DNA from: Tubiluchus corallicola
Taxonomy: Eukaryota; Animalia; Priapulida
DNA: 64,000 nucleotides
Assembly: GCA_030141605.1 (NCBI GenBank)
Contig: JAQGDQ010002377.1
Coordinates: 387,582 to 451,581 of the forward strand
Direction: 5' to 3'
Shown here one piece after another: positions 26,901 to 41,900 of the stretch. Positions within the stretch are counted from its first letter, which is position 1, and each line of letters begins with the position of its first letter. The notes beneath the pieces are model-generated. The model made no database searches. It was given only the letters and a program-made list of their open reading frames with translations, and was not told the origin of the DNA. The translations under genes were made by a program, and so were the position numbers.

Positions 26901-29900
26901 AGCAGACTTGAATGTTTGTCTCTGATTTTCTTTAATAAACTTCAGTATATTAGCTCAAAAGTCATTGTAATAATAATAGCAATTTATTTCCTTAATACTC
27001 ATGGTACAGTTCAACCAATTATGAAGTTGAAGTTTCCAATTGCTGCTTAAAAACAATTATCGTGATTGACAGTTTGTTTCAAAATGCAGACTCACACGAG
27101 TTACTCATGCATTCCCTTTTTTACCAGAAATTCAACTGATCAAAATTTGCATATACAACCTTTAATTCCTCTTGAGAAAAAGTGACAGTGCTGCTGCAGC
27201 TGCTGGCATCGACTATGGCACTGCTCAAGCCTTGTTTCATTACTTGCCGCTGATAAATCTTTTCTTCTATGGTGCCCTGTATAAGACAAAATAACTAACA
27301 CACCTGCAAATAAATATGTAATGCAACAGTAACATTGGTTAATACATATAGACAGCTAGGTAACAGAACCATCTCAAAACAGTATTGTAGGCCCCCAGAA
27401 AAGCAGTGTATTGGGACCCCCTACCTACACAACCATTCTGGAACAAAAATGTAAATGTCGATAAAATTAAACATATATTTATTGTATTGGTACTTCCAGT
27501 ATAGTATAGTATAGCTTAGCATAGTATTTATTTATTGACAGCAAATCACAACATTCATAGATTAGCATGGGCCCGATGCACATCGAGTCCCGGGGCAACT
27601 GCCCAGCATGCCCATGCATTAGAGATGCCTCTGCCATGCAAGGCTAATAGTACAACAGTTAAAGGTCTACATTTACTAGGAAGTGAAATGTGAAAGCAGG
27701 TTTAGAGAAAACAGAATTCCTACAATTAAGCTGTTACCGAATTGAAATATTTTATAACATATTTTCCTGAAGCAAAAGGTACAATGTAAGTACTGCCAAC
27801 AAGTTGTTGGCATTTAGCAACCAACAAACAAGGATCGTGAATGCATCTTCTCAAGCGGAGCAATAAGCGGCTTCATGTAACAATAAACCTTCGTTGTACA
27901 AAAGACTGCAGATCCCAAGTCAGATGTCACTAGAATGGTTATTTGCAATCTGCCAAGTGCTTTACAGTAAAAAAGACAATGACACCATCCCAGACACGGA
28001 CTCCATAAGTGGTCCAATGGTTGAACTGCGCAGATAGAGTACAGTATCAGGAATTAGGTCTTTACAAGTGAGAACAGGCATATTCCAAGTTTTTTCACGT
28101 ACTCCCAGCCACTAATGTGAGCTACTTTTCTTGTCTAAGAGTCACACCACAAGTTGAAAAAGTGCAAGGAAAAGATTGGAAGATTCATCTAGTAATACAA
28201 CATCTACATTCATCAAGATTAAGATTATGACAGAGGTTCGGCAAAACGTTTGTCAGTAATACGGTCATGTATTTGAGTGGGCCGGCTGACACTTTAAATG
28301 AGATCCTGACCTCCCCAGACAATGTGATACTTGCTGAAAGACGATGTGATCAACCTGACAAGACGTTGTCCAGGACATGTGGGTCTCCCGCTATGATTCA
28401 TCACAATTCAAATCAACAACTCTTATGCATATAAAAAGCTAACAGTGCATTTCTGTAACTATCTACATAGTAGATGACAATGAGTGCAAGTTTTCTTGAA
28501 CAGCTTGAACCACTTTCTGTCTGCAGAAGCAGAGAGTGGAGTCCTTTTGTTAGACATGTACAATTGTGCAGGCATTAGTATCCACATCATTTTACATCAT
28601 TCAGTCAATTATAGGCATGACATCAATACCATGGGACACTTCCAGCACCTGTGCCATAGTGGCCAGTATGCTGTGGATGCCTGTAATAAGCAGCATGCTA
28701 GGGTTCCCCGTTTGTGCATGGTTAGTATGCATTATCATAATCTATAATTACATAATAATTCATAGGTTTTTGTTACTATTTTTACTAGGTGGCATTTAGC
28801 TAGCATGGCACATTACTGGGAAAGGGGAGACCAGAAAAGAAAAGCAGCAACCGCTACCTGCCAATTTCATGTGACGGGCAAATGATCCAAAAACTGTATC
28901 TAAACTAATTGCGTTATGGTTAGTAAATAAAACGATATTGTAGAAGAAAACACCTAAAAATGATTCAATCCAATTCTAAGAATAAAATTGCTTTTAAAAG
29001 ACAGTAATAAAATACCACTGTGAGCAGACGATATATGTGCACTGTTCTTTTCTGTCCATCTCGCCATACACGAGCCATGGCCTGCAGGTCATTGGCCGGA
29101 TTCCAGTCAATGTCGTAGAGAATAAGCCTCGAAGCTCCGATCAGGTTTAATCCTTGTCCGCCAGCTTTGCAGCTTAGTAAGAATACAGCTAGAATGCGAA
29201 TACAACAGAATTTAATTAATAATTTATGCAAGTCATGGATCGAACTCATCGTTGACAAAGATATCAAGCAGTTTCTTCTAGTATTAGTATTTATAAAATT
29301 TCATGTCCATAAGCTTAAATAATGATGCCAAATTTAGGTGTGTTTGAAGTGACATATACCAACAAAATTACCACCTTTTTAGCCATTTCTAAATATGAGC
29401 AAGAATGCAAAACCAAACTACATCACGATTTCACTAACCACATAAACAACTAAAACTCTACATACTTTCTGAAGCGTTCCTGTTGTTAAACTGATCTACC
29501 AGTTCTTGCCGTCTACTGGAAGGTGTTGTCCCATCCAGTCTCAAGTAACGATAATTGCTTTTAACGCACACTTCTTGTAAAATATCTAACGTCTAAAAAC
29601 ATTAACCACTTGATTACAAATACATTTCAACTGCATCGATGTACAACAAATTTAGGACGAGGTTTCTCAGGAATTTACAAAATAAACAATTTAGTGGTTG
29701 TAGTTTACAAATAGTGGTAACTTTTAACACAATTTAATTACGGTGTAACAATTAATACTCATAGTATATAGTATAATAATAAGTGCTATTAATACAATTA
29801 TGAATGCATGTTTAAACTTTATTGCATTTTCTTTATGGCATATTCAGACGTCGAGACTTCTCCCGCAACTTCTCTCTGAGAGTACGCCACACGTGTGAAT

Positions 29901-32900
29901 GGTTGGCAACTTTTCTTGCAGCTTATTGCAAACCCAGAAGGAAAAGAGAAAAGTTGCACAGCAAGTTGCGAGAGAAGTTGCCAAACCACTCACACCTGCA
30001 ACTACTCTCAGACAGAAGTTGCGCAGCAAATTGCGAGATTAGTCTCTACGTCTGAACGTGCCAGTAGCATACCTCAGTATAATTTGAAACAACAACAGAT
30101 TTCTCTACATTTTTGTTTGTTGCATGAAAAGAGTACAGCAAGCTAGATAACACAAGGAGTTTCCCTGAATGTTCTGCCAGTGACACGTGCTCTCCAGAAA
30201 ACAATGACAGTATATCGTCAAAAAGGCACAACTGTATGGAATAACAGACAGCCAAAATTAATATGCCATAAGAGTAATAAAACATAAGTTACATGCAGAA
30301 ATTTAGTACAGTTAACTGTGCATGCTTGCACAGACAACAGTAATCAGAAAAATAAGGATTTTGATCAAGAAGTTGATTGACTAAGATACTAAGCTGGCGA
30401 ATTCAGACTCAATTTGTGAAAGGAAATTTATCTTTTTTGAGAGGGATTACAATATTTTGTTTACGTACAGTATGTAGATTTAACAGTACTGCTAATTTAC
30501 AACAGCTAGTGTTCTTGTTGGTAAGACAAAGTTAGTTTCAATTGTAGAAAAGTCATGTTCAAGACTACAGAATGTAAAATACCAAAAGCAAAATCAACAT
30601 CAGAAATCAAAATTTTATAAGACATAGACAATTTATTTTTCTTCTCTTAAGCATAATGCAACAAATCAACAATTGACTGGATGTATGTTCCTTCCATTTC
30701 AGGACTGTGAATTTATAACGATATCATTTTGAAGTAACTTTAAAAAAAATAAAATCTATAATACTAACTAACATGTACCTAATAATAGGCCCAGATCTAT
30801 AATAAAGTCACAGGAAAAAAGTCACGGAAAAAGCCACAGTTCTGGCTAAGGTCAGGGTTAGGGTTATTTTTTTTCCAATGCATTTTGTCAGCAACTTTTT
30901 TACCTGGGATCAGATAACCAGTAATGATAGTAATGCTAGTTGTTACAGTAGTCAGCTATAAGACTAGATCTTAACTTTAATAATGTTTATATTTTAGATT
31001 ACGATAGGAAGCAGTTTTCATATCACTGGGAAGGCTATTCCACAAAATAGACCCTGGAATTTCAGTGACCTGTCTCAAATTTGTGTTGAAACGTTCTATG
31101 TCATAATTGCTGCTGCTTGCAAATCTAGAGTTGTAATCATGTGTTGTGTCTATAGAGTGATAGTAATAAGAAAACAGTACTGGATGAGTGTTATGTTTGA
31201 ATCTGTAAACAAAATTGTTTAATTCTAATTTATGTATGTTTTAGTTTTAGCAGGTTTAATTCATAACACAACGATGTAACATGAGCTCTTCTACTGGCAA
31301 ATGTCATTAATTAAATAAATTTATTTTGATTGATTGTAAGGGGTTTCAAAGCTGAATTAGGGGCAATGCCATGAACAGTCAGAAATGAGTTTCATTGTAT
31401 CTTTATTGATATTATGCCCAATTTAAAAAAAGACATTCCATTAATTTTGCTTATTTTGCTGTTAACATGTTGGAATGGGAATGCCATGCCAATTAATAGT
31501 CAATTATTATTCCCAAGTGTTGTTCCTATATCTGTAATTGTCATGTGGCCTAAAACCAATTATTGCACCAAAATAATTGAGATTCTTTTATCATTTGTCT
31601 GGGAATAGTTTGTTCATCTAGCCCTGTGTTTAGCTACAACTCTGGCAAAGATGTAGTAATCGGTAATTTATGCTACGTATCGTCCATTGTTAAAGATCCA
31701 ACATGCCAGATAATACAGAAACAATTTGTATAACGACTATAACACAAAGCATGGTAAATGAGCAAGCATTCAGTAACTCAGCGAGCGTCTGCTTGTACAG
31801 TGAATGAGGCGCATGCGCATTTTTCCCACGATCTTGTGCTGATAGGCAAGCCTGTTCGAGTGCTTGTTGCTGGAGCTGATGTACAAAGGAAAAGTACGGC
31901 AGAAAATATTGCCCTCAACGCGAAGCACAATGTAGCAATGAATGATTTCAGTGAATTAGTTGAGGAACGTACTGATCATTACAAAACGAATCGGAGAATC
32001 ATCATGTGAAAGAAATTGCCACAAATACCTTCAGTAATGCAAGTTATGAAGATTACGAACCGGCTGTGCCGAGGAGCTTAATGAATGGAAAGCAGTTCAA
32101 ACGCAATTCGATACTCGGGTAAGACGTATTACAAACATATTCGCTCCGCCATATTGACCCCATACTAATGCGATAAATTAGTTAAGGACTGCAATTAGAA
32201 ACGTTTTTTCCAATAACAAGAAACGTCTTATGATACAACAAAAAATTGCTATACGGGAAGAATGTAGCAACATAGTTTATGAGACATTGAGTTTAATTTA
32301 ATAAATGTACCGGCAGTCCATAAATGCAAGTACATTTTTGGTGGGGAGGGGGTTTGAATCTCTCCAAACTTAGATCGTGAGAAACAATTTTAAGTTGAGT
32401 GTAAGAGTGAAGTCATGTGAAAGAAGCTTTTCAAAGCTTAAACAAACCAAAAACTGCTTGCGATCCACAATGGAACAGTCAAAGCTATCTGATCTTTCGG
32501 TTTTATCTGTTAAAATTGACTTAGCAAAAGTAATTGATTTTGATGAAGTAATTGACAACTTTGCAGCAGTGAAATCCAGGAATGGAAAGTTCTGATTGCT
32601 GACATAAATTATAATTAGTAAAATACTGAACTGTTTGTGTTTTAATGCCAGTTTCTTTTGATACTTCAACTAAGAAGTGTATTTTCATATGATTAAAAGT
32701 GCTGCTTCAATGTGCAAATATATCATAAAAATTAAAAATATTAAGTTTTCAATTTAAAATAAACATTGTCAGTATACTAATGTGTGCTTAGCACTTTAAC
32801 TCAGTAGGATGGAAAATAAAGTGATGTTGTCTAGATGATGTTTCTCCTAATCGCCATGCAGCAAGTACTAGCTATGCACATAAGATCATACTAAAGGATA

Positions 32901-35900
32901 CAGTATATAAGCTCCAATGCACGTTTGATACCATGAGTACTGCACCGAATGACACCAACCTTGTGGTTGCCAGATTAGAAAATTAGAAATATGGGACACT
33001 CTTATAATCTCTTTCCATACACACACATATATAATATAAGAGATTATAAGTGTCCCATATTTCTAATTTTCTAATCTGGCAACCATAGGGCAACTGTATA
33101 TATATATATATAGACATAAATTTAAACACGCCTAACACCCAGATCAATATATTATATAAAAGTAGAGACATAAGTTAAAAACATTAAGCAGGGATTTTAA
33201 TGGGTTATGAGGAAAACAAAAGTAAAATCATTTGAAAATATTTATTTAATACCGAAAATGGAGAAATATTATGATTATTTAATAATTACATTTGGGATAT
33301 TTTCATCAAAAGGATCTGAGAAAAGAAAATACAATTATTCATAAAGTTACTAGTAAGAACCCGTAAGAAGGTAGTAAAAATGCATTTTTATCACGAAATT
33401 TGAAAATGAACTAAATACGCCACGGGGGACAAAATTATCAAATATGGGACATGTCCTGTATATAAGGGACGTCCAGCAACCCTAACCCTAGCGAAGCCCC
33501 TGTTCACCAGACAGGCACACCTTAGACGTAGATATTTTTCTTCTCCGTCAGTATATGATTAAATTATTCGTGAGGCAAACAAATAATAAATTTATTTAGG
33601 AGATGGGCTAGGAAAGAGCTCAATGAACAACTTTTAGCTCCTTTGATGATTTTCAAAATTTATAGTAATTCTTTTCAATGGAAGGCATCTGTTACATAAT
33701 AGCAAAATGTTTACTACAACAATGTTGTGAGATACATAAGTTATTAATAACATCCTAGCATTTTAGGAATAACTCATCATTTAAATTTTTGACAGGACAA
33801 AGTTTATAGGCTTCAAAGTAAAATATCCTCTAAAATCTAATAAATCTTAACAATTTTATGCATACTAAAACTGCTGTGATGCCCAGGTATTGCCTTTTCC
33901 ACAGTTTTTGTGTGGCACTCCAGCACTCAGCCTTGGCTTATTTAATACCAGTGATTGTGGCACACCAGTACTCAGCCCTGGCTTATTTAATACCGGCGGT
34001 TGTGACAGGATCTGGCAAAGGATTCTGTGATAATCAGGAATTATCAAGGATAATCCTTTAGATGAAACAGTGAATTGGCAGAAGTGTCTCAGCCCGGTTG
34101 GGAAGATGAATACACTCCCTGAAGGAGATAAGCAGCCCGAATCAGTGTAGTAAGTGAAACAGTTTAAAGTTCATATAGAATCCAGTGGTCATCTATATCG
34201 CATTCACTGACCAGTGCTAGGTTGCGGAGTTGAGCCTAAAAGCACATCAATGTGGGTTCCTGATTGATGAAAGTCGACCCCAAACCTGACTCTTGAGGCC
34301 TGACTCCCAGAAGTTCTTAAAATTTTGATTTTTGAGGCATTTTATTAACCAGACTCAAACCATTAGATGATAGATATTATATTATGAACCTTAAGTAAAG
34401 GTACTGCTTAATATTTATGTTTAAGGCAGGAGTATTTTATTATCAACAGACTGTGGCTTTTCTTTACCTGAAGATCTAATCAGCAAAACATTAGAACCAA
34501 TGGAATTTTAAATGCATTGTTTTAAGCTGCAGACCCTGCATTGATCAGCTTCAGTATTGTTTAATTTTACTTATCTAAGCATATGCCATTATAATTCGGC
34601 TATCACCCTTGCCACAGAGATACTAAAAAGTATTATTATACTGTATTAATAGCATGTAATTATATAAAAATAACTTCCTGAAGTTTTTCTAGACAATAAA
34701 AGAGTAGCTATAAATTGTTGATATTATGATTTATAAATTATTGAACATGTTTTATTTGTTTTGACTTAAAGATTTGAAAGACATGGGGAAGCATTTTGCA
34801 ATTTTTTAACTCATTATCATTGAATATTAGAGCTACATTTATAGCCGAATGACTGTTATAAGTCTGTTGCTACTAAGCTTTAATTATCTGACTTTTTTGG
34901 TGAAACAGTTGTCTTAGCTATCAAAACTGACTAATTTGTTGCTAAAATAGAACATGTGACAGCAATTTTTGCAAAAAGTTAAAAGTCAAATGAAAACTAA
35001 CATGAGAAAACGAATAATTTTTAAGAACAAGAAACAAAGCCATTAGAAGTGCTATTTAGTACACCGCTGTGCGCTATCTTCCGATATGATTTATTGAAGA
35101 CATTTTATTTTGTTTTCCAAACTCTTAGCATCGACTAAGCACGGCATCGAATTGCACCAAGGAAATTCTGTCCTTTTGTCCGTTATGCTACAGATTTTGT
35201 TATGTTACTTTTGTTTTCTATATTATTGTGTTATGGTTTTGAAGTAGTTTTGCAAGGTTGTCTCTCATACCAGTTCAGTTCTTTGGTGTCTTGATCATCT
35301 TAGGCGTGTATTTTTTGTTGCCTCAGATGTGAGATATCAAAAGCCGACAATATACCTTTAGTCTGTTCCCGCAAAATTCAGTTACTTTTTTAGTCACTTT
35401 TCGATTTATACATGCCCATTAAAAAATTTTACGAAACGAAATTGTGTAAATACATGGCAACAATTTCAAAATAGAAAGCATGAATTTTTTTTACTCGAGA
35501 GAGGTACTCTGACTTTTCAGACTCAGAAATAAACACTTGTACTTCAATTACTTGTGTTGGATAAGTAATCCATGTTGTTTATGTTGGGAATTAGGGTTAT
35601 GATTCTATTTAATTTTACTGTAGCATTATTCTTCGAGAAAAATCATTATTTAATGTTTTTAATCTCGAATTTTATATTAGTTAAAGTTAACGTTTTATTC
35701 ACAGGTGAACAATTTGATGCTAGGAAAGCAAGTGAATAGTCTGCACAATCCCTTGTTCAATCATGAATGCTTATGAAATGAACGAAGAGCTGCAAGCTGC
35801 CATTGAACAGTTAGAACTTGAGCAAATCGATCTGTGTGGAGAGCAGGCTGGCGAAAGCTCTATTTCAGAACTGGTTTATACTAACAGCATCAAAAATATT

Positions 35901-38900
35901 ACTAGCAGCGTAACAGATGTGGGCTCAGTACAGCAGCAGCAAGCAGGCAGTCAGACTCGTTCAGCTGTGACTCATGCTACGTATCAGCAGCAGGCTCTAT
36001 CCAGAATAAATGAGTTTAATGTCAGCCTTGAGCTTATGAATACAGCCTGCGTTGATAGTAGAGATGGTTTGTGTGCGCTGGGTACCGGGACCGCTGTAAA
36101 AGATTTTGTCACTTTGGACGAATTCCAAGCTCTGCAGCAGAATCAAATGAAAGAATCATTTTCTGCTAGTGGGTTACTAGAGAGTTTAAACAATAATGAA
36201 ATAACTAATGGTACACCAGAGCATTTAGACAATAATGAAAATGTTTTTGACACTCTACAGAGTGAAGGGTACATTGAAACTGCTATTGATTCATTAGGGA
36301 CATTAGAGAATAACGACGTTGCTGTGACTATTGGCAGCAATGCATTAGATATAAATCTACTGCCGTTCAGCCAGCAAGACTCAGATCATTCGTTGTCTAG
36401 GCAACAACACACTACTTCACAAAAAGTAGAAATCAATAAGCAATATGAATTGGATCTGCCCATAGAAGATGTTACGGAGCAACGTCTTGCTAGTGATGTT
36501 ACCAAGCAGATGTGCAGTGATTATGGTATTGATGTGAAATTCAGTGTGGAAAATTTTACAAGTATGCCTGTAAATAATCAGGATAATGACTTGAATCGTG
36601 ATATAGATGATTCTGATTCTGATTCTTCAGATTCAGATTCTAATTCTGACGACTTTGATAATCAGGACAGTATTCAGAATTCAGTTGCTCCTTTAAATGA
36701 AAAAACTTCTGATAGCATAATTAATGGTTCGGTTTTCGAACGCAATGAAGCTAAAGTGATAAGTGGTTTTCCCATTAGTCTAAACAGTGATAATGTTGAA
36801 CAATTACAAGTAGAATGTAAAATCACAAATTCTCCAGTAAATATTGAAGAATGTCAAAAATACACAATAGAAAATTCCTGTAAGACGATCTTATTCAAAA
36901 CTGATGAACAGTGTGAATGTCTCGACTGTGGTGCATCACTGAGTAATCTTCTGAGTTCACAAGAACATCTTGGATTAATGACAGCCGTTGTGAAGTTGTG
37001 TACATGCTTACAGGAAGGTAGAAAATGTTTACATTATGCAAATGAAGTAAGCACCTCTAAGTTACATGTGAGTGAACTATACAGTTGTCATATGTGTGAA
37101 ATAACTTTTCACAGACTGTCTGCATTAACAAATCACATGGTTATGAAACATAATGATGAGGACTCAACTGACAATCAAAGTGTTGCTGCTAATTACATAC
37201 AACCACCTGCTAGTTTGCAAAAGACCCATAAATGTGGAATTTGTCCAGCTTCATTTTCCAATGTTTTTAATTTGCAAAAGCATGGTAGAGTTGTTCATAG
37301 TGCAATACCAAAACAGTATCGATGTACTAAATGTACTGCTTCTTTTCAAGCCTTGAAGAATTTAACATTACATCTTCGGCTTCACGAAAATGAGCAGCAG
37401 TCATTTGAGTCTCAGCGAATAGATAAAATAGCGACAAAAACCCCAACAGCAGGAACTGATGAAGCCAGTAAGCCTGATCAAGCTAGTAAGCCTGACAGTA
37501 TTGACAAAATACCAGTGAATGGCATTAAGAAGGCTGGGAATACAGATGAGAAATCAATAAAGTGTAGAATGTGCCCGGCTGCATTTAAACATACAGCAAG
37601 CCTTAAAAGGCACATACAAATCACTCATAACAAGATAAAAATGTATTCATGCAAACTCTGCCCAGCTAGATTTGGAGTTAAATCAACAGTTAAAAAACAT
37701 ATGAGTGATGTGCATGGGGGTGTGCCTAAAAAGTATAAATGTCAACATTGTACTGCTTCATACAGAGCCCTGAAGAATTTGCAGCGGCACATGAAACTTC
37801 ATATTGCTAAATTACAGCCTGTACAGGAAAAAAAGAAAAACCAGTACCTCTGTTTTTTGTGTAGCACAAGATGTTCATCAGCGGATGTTCTTAAAGAACA
37901 TATTAAAACCCACTCTGAGACGAAAGAGCCAACGGCAGATATAACAACTACACCAAGAAAAGCACTTCTGAAGATATTTAAGTGTAATGTCTGCTCAGTT
38001 AGTTTTCACAGTCGACTAGACAGGGATGTGCATTTGCAAACTGCTCATGAGAAGGCAAAATCAACACCTGAGCAACAAAACAGTAGCTTGGATTCCAGTA
38101 TATGCAGGGTATGCAAAAACAGTTTTAATTCTAAAGCTCTCTTGGACCAGCACATGAAGCAGTATAAGAAGCTGTATGAGTGTAATGCTTGCCCTGCTAT
38201 GTTCAAAGTATCCACTAACAGAAATAAACACGTGAATAATGTGCATTCTGGTGCATTAAAGGCTTTCCGATGCGATGTTTGTGGAGGTGGATTTCACAGA
38301 GAATATAGCTTGCAAAGCCACATGCTACTGCATAATCAAGCCCACAAAGAGCAATATAAGTGTGATAAGTGTGATTTCAATTGTAATTCGTCAGAACAGC
38401 TGAAGACTCATATCATTTGCAAGCATTCAGTAACTGCACAAAGTCCTGGAATTATCATAATGGACACTCCAACTGTAAGCCTGCAAAAAATCAAAGTAGA
38501 AGATTCACATGCCGAGGCTATTACTATTCAGGAGTCTGCAGACATGGATTTTTGTGAAGATATGGAGCACTGTTGTGACATTTGTGGAAAGTTTTTCATG
38601 AAAGAGTCAGAGTTACTAGTACATGAAAAAGTACACATGGCACTAAAACCTTATAAATGTGGAATTTGTGGTCTAGACTTTTGTGACATGAGTACACTTG
38701 ACATCCACCAAACATCACATACCAACAAGTCATATGAAGCATACACAAAAATGGTTGCCGAGACTTCAAATTCAAGCTGCTATGTTGACTTCCAAAATAT
38801 TGGTATGCGAGAACTACACAGCAGTGGTAATGAAAATCTTAGTAATGAGAGAAAAGTGCCATTTGGGAAGAAAAGAGAAAGAGTTTATGAGTGTGACACG

Positions 38901-41900
38901 TGCAAGAAAGTCTTCAAAGATGGAGGAACTCTGAAAGTTCATAAGCGCATACACACAAACGAAAGGCCATACATTTGTCACATTTGTCAAGCAACATTCA
39001 GACAACACCACCATCTAGTCAGACATGTAGCAAGCCATAGTGATGATAAACCATTTTCTTGTGATGTGTGCGGAAAAAGATTCAAATTAAGCGAATACCT
39101 CACAACACACAAGGCTGTGCATTCACAGGCTAAGAAATTCAAATGTGGAGTATGCGGCAAAGATTTTCGCCTATACAGCGATTTGAGAGCTCATCAGAAA
39201 GTTCATGCATCAAAAAACGCAAAGACTGATGGTATGTTTGACAATAAGCTTGCTTTTGATAGTCATGATACTAGTCACTCTAGGCTTAAACCCCACAAAT
39301 GTCCCGTTTGTAAGAACGGTTTTAAAGTGGTTCGCCACATGAAAATTCATTTGTGGTCACATTCTAAGAACAATATGCACTATTGTCTCACTTGCGGAAA
39401 AAAATTTCAATCTCAAGTTGGCTTAGCTGTCCACAAAAGAATTCACATTGTAAAAAAAGAACTTGAAGAGGTTGTGAATGCAAGCACTAACTTGACGCAG
39501 TACGTGACCAGCACTAGTAAAGGTAAACAGTACCAATGTCCCGTATGTGAAGTGAAATTTGCACAGTCTACCTATCTGAGTGTACACTTGCGAGTTCACA
39601 CAGGCGAGAAGCCATATAAGTGTGAGGTTTGCAATAGTCGTTTTCGACAAAGAGCCCATCTTAAATGTCACATGTTCACTCACACAGACCACAAACCTTT
39701 TTCTTGCAAAATATGTGCTGCATCTTTTAAGCAACTTTCAGCTTTAAAAAAACATGGTTTAGTACACACTGACTTAAAGCCATACAAATGTGATTCTTGT
39801 AGTGCAGAATTTGCACAATCAACCGACTTGCTAAATCACATTATGGTACATAACGAAAATAGACCCTATACTTGTCAAACTTGTTTCGCTACATTTAAAA
39901 CTGAATCATTCTTCAATAGCCACATTAAAGTACACACCCATCTTAAACCTCACGTTTGTGATGAATGTGGAAAAGACTTTCGAATCGCTGCAAATCTAAC
40001 AGTTCATAAGAGAACTCACTCTAACGAAAAGCCATACCAGTGTCAAATCTGCTCAAAGCGATTTAAACAAACAGGACACTTGAAAGTTCATTTGTCAATA
40101 CATGCAGACTCGAAACCATATAAATGTGATTCTTGTGGTGCCAGTTTTAGGCAACCAGGAAACTTAAAGAGTCACCAAACCGTTCACACAGATGAAAGGC
40201 CACATGTATGTGACATTTGCCAATCAGCTTTTAAAACGTTTAGTTATTTGCAAAGCCACAAGCGAATACATACAGATTTGCGTCCATATAGCTGTACATG
40301 TGGAAAAACATTTAAAACACCAGATGGATTGAAAGCGCACGAGAAAACTCACACAGATGAAAAGCCATATGAATGTCGCCATTGTCATGCACGCTTTAAG
40401 CAGCAGCCTCACCTCAAAACTCATCTACTTACACATAGTACTCACAAACCTTATTGCTGTGACACTTGTGATGCACGCTTTAAACAGTCATCCCACTTGA
40501 AAGTTCACATGGCTGTTCATAGCGATGTGCGACCATTTCCTTGTCATATTTGTGGTGCGGCATTTAAAACATCAACTTCACTCAGTAGTCATAAGCGCAT
40601 TCACACGGACCTGAAGCCATATGTATGTGACGTATGCAACAGAGCCTTTAAATTTTCGGAAGGACTAAAATCTCACAAGAAAACACACTCAGCTGACAAA
40701 CCTTTTTCATGTGACCAGTGTGGAGCATGTTTTAAGTTGGCTGGTTATCTCAAAAGCCATATGCTAGTTCACACTGAAATACGACCCTATTGTTGTTCTA
40801 CATGTGGAGCTACTTTTAAAACAGCCAGTTACCTCCATAACCACAGCAAAATTCACACAGACATTCGACCTCATATTTGCCACATTTGTGGAAAAGGTTT
40901 TAAAATGTCATCAAACTTGCGAGCTCATGCACGAACTCATTCAAACGAGAAACCATATTCTTGTGACCAATGCTCTGCACAGTTTAAGCAAATTGCTCAT
41001 TTAAAGATGCATGTCAGAACTCATTCTGATTTGAAACCCTATAAATGTGATTCCTGCGAATCTCGTTTCCGACAGTCTGCGCATTTAAAAGTTCACATGG
41101 CTGTTCACACTGAATCACGACCATTTGCTTGTGAAATTTGTGGAGCTGCATTTAAAACACAATCATCATTAAACTCACACAAGAAAATCCATACAGACAT
41201 TAAACCTCATTCATGTGATGTATGTGGGAAATCATTCAAATTTGCTGTTGGATTAAAAACTCACAGGCGAATTCATACAAATGAGAGACCTTTCTCTTGC
41301 GATACATGCCATGCTAGTTTTCGACAGGCTGGCAATTTGAAAAGTCATATGGCAGTGCATACAGATGTTCGACCGTACGCATGCCCAACATGTCAAGCTG
41401 CCTTTAAAACATCATACTATCTCCAGAATCACATTAGAATACACACGACTGCTCGTCCATTTCAATGTGATGTCTGTGAAAAATCTTTTAAATTTAAGGA
41501 GGGATTACAATCTCACAAAAAGACACACACAAATGAACGCCCATTTGAGTGCGATACATGCCATGCACGATTCAAGCAAGCTGCTTATCTCAGAAGTCAC
41601 ATGCTTGTACATTCAGATGAAAGAAATCATTTTTGTGACATTTGTGGATCAGCTTTTAAAACTGCTGTTTATCTTGCCAATCATAGGCGCATTCACACTG
41701 ATATGAGACCATACAAATGTGATATTTGTTACAAGGATTTCAAGCTGCCCGATGGCTTAAAGGCACATAAGAAGACACATTCCGATGAAAAACCATACTC
41801 GTGTAATATATGTGGTGCAAAATTCCGGCAAACAGCCCACGTAAAGGCACACATGTTAACCCATTCAGATGCTAAACCTTATAAGTGTGACACCTGTGAT

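Noticed and set aside
27700-28800. More balanced-composition stretch that looks like decayed coding or TE sequence
   Set aside because: I could not recover any diagnostic motif or terminal repeat by eye. It needs a translated search.
30840-30870. Telomere-like TTAGGG units
   Set aside because: Only two to three degenerate units within a small interspersed-repeat-like segment, not an interstitial telomere array.
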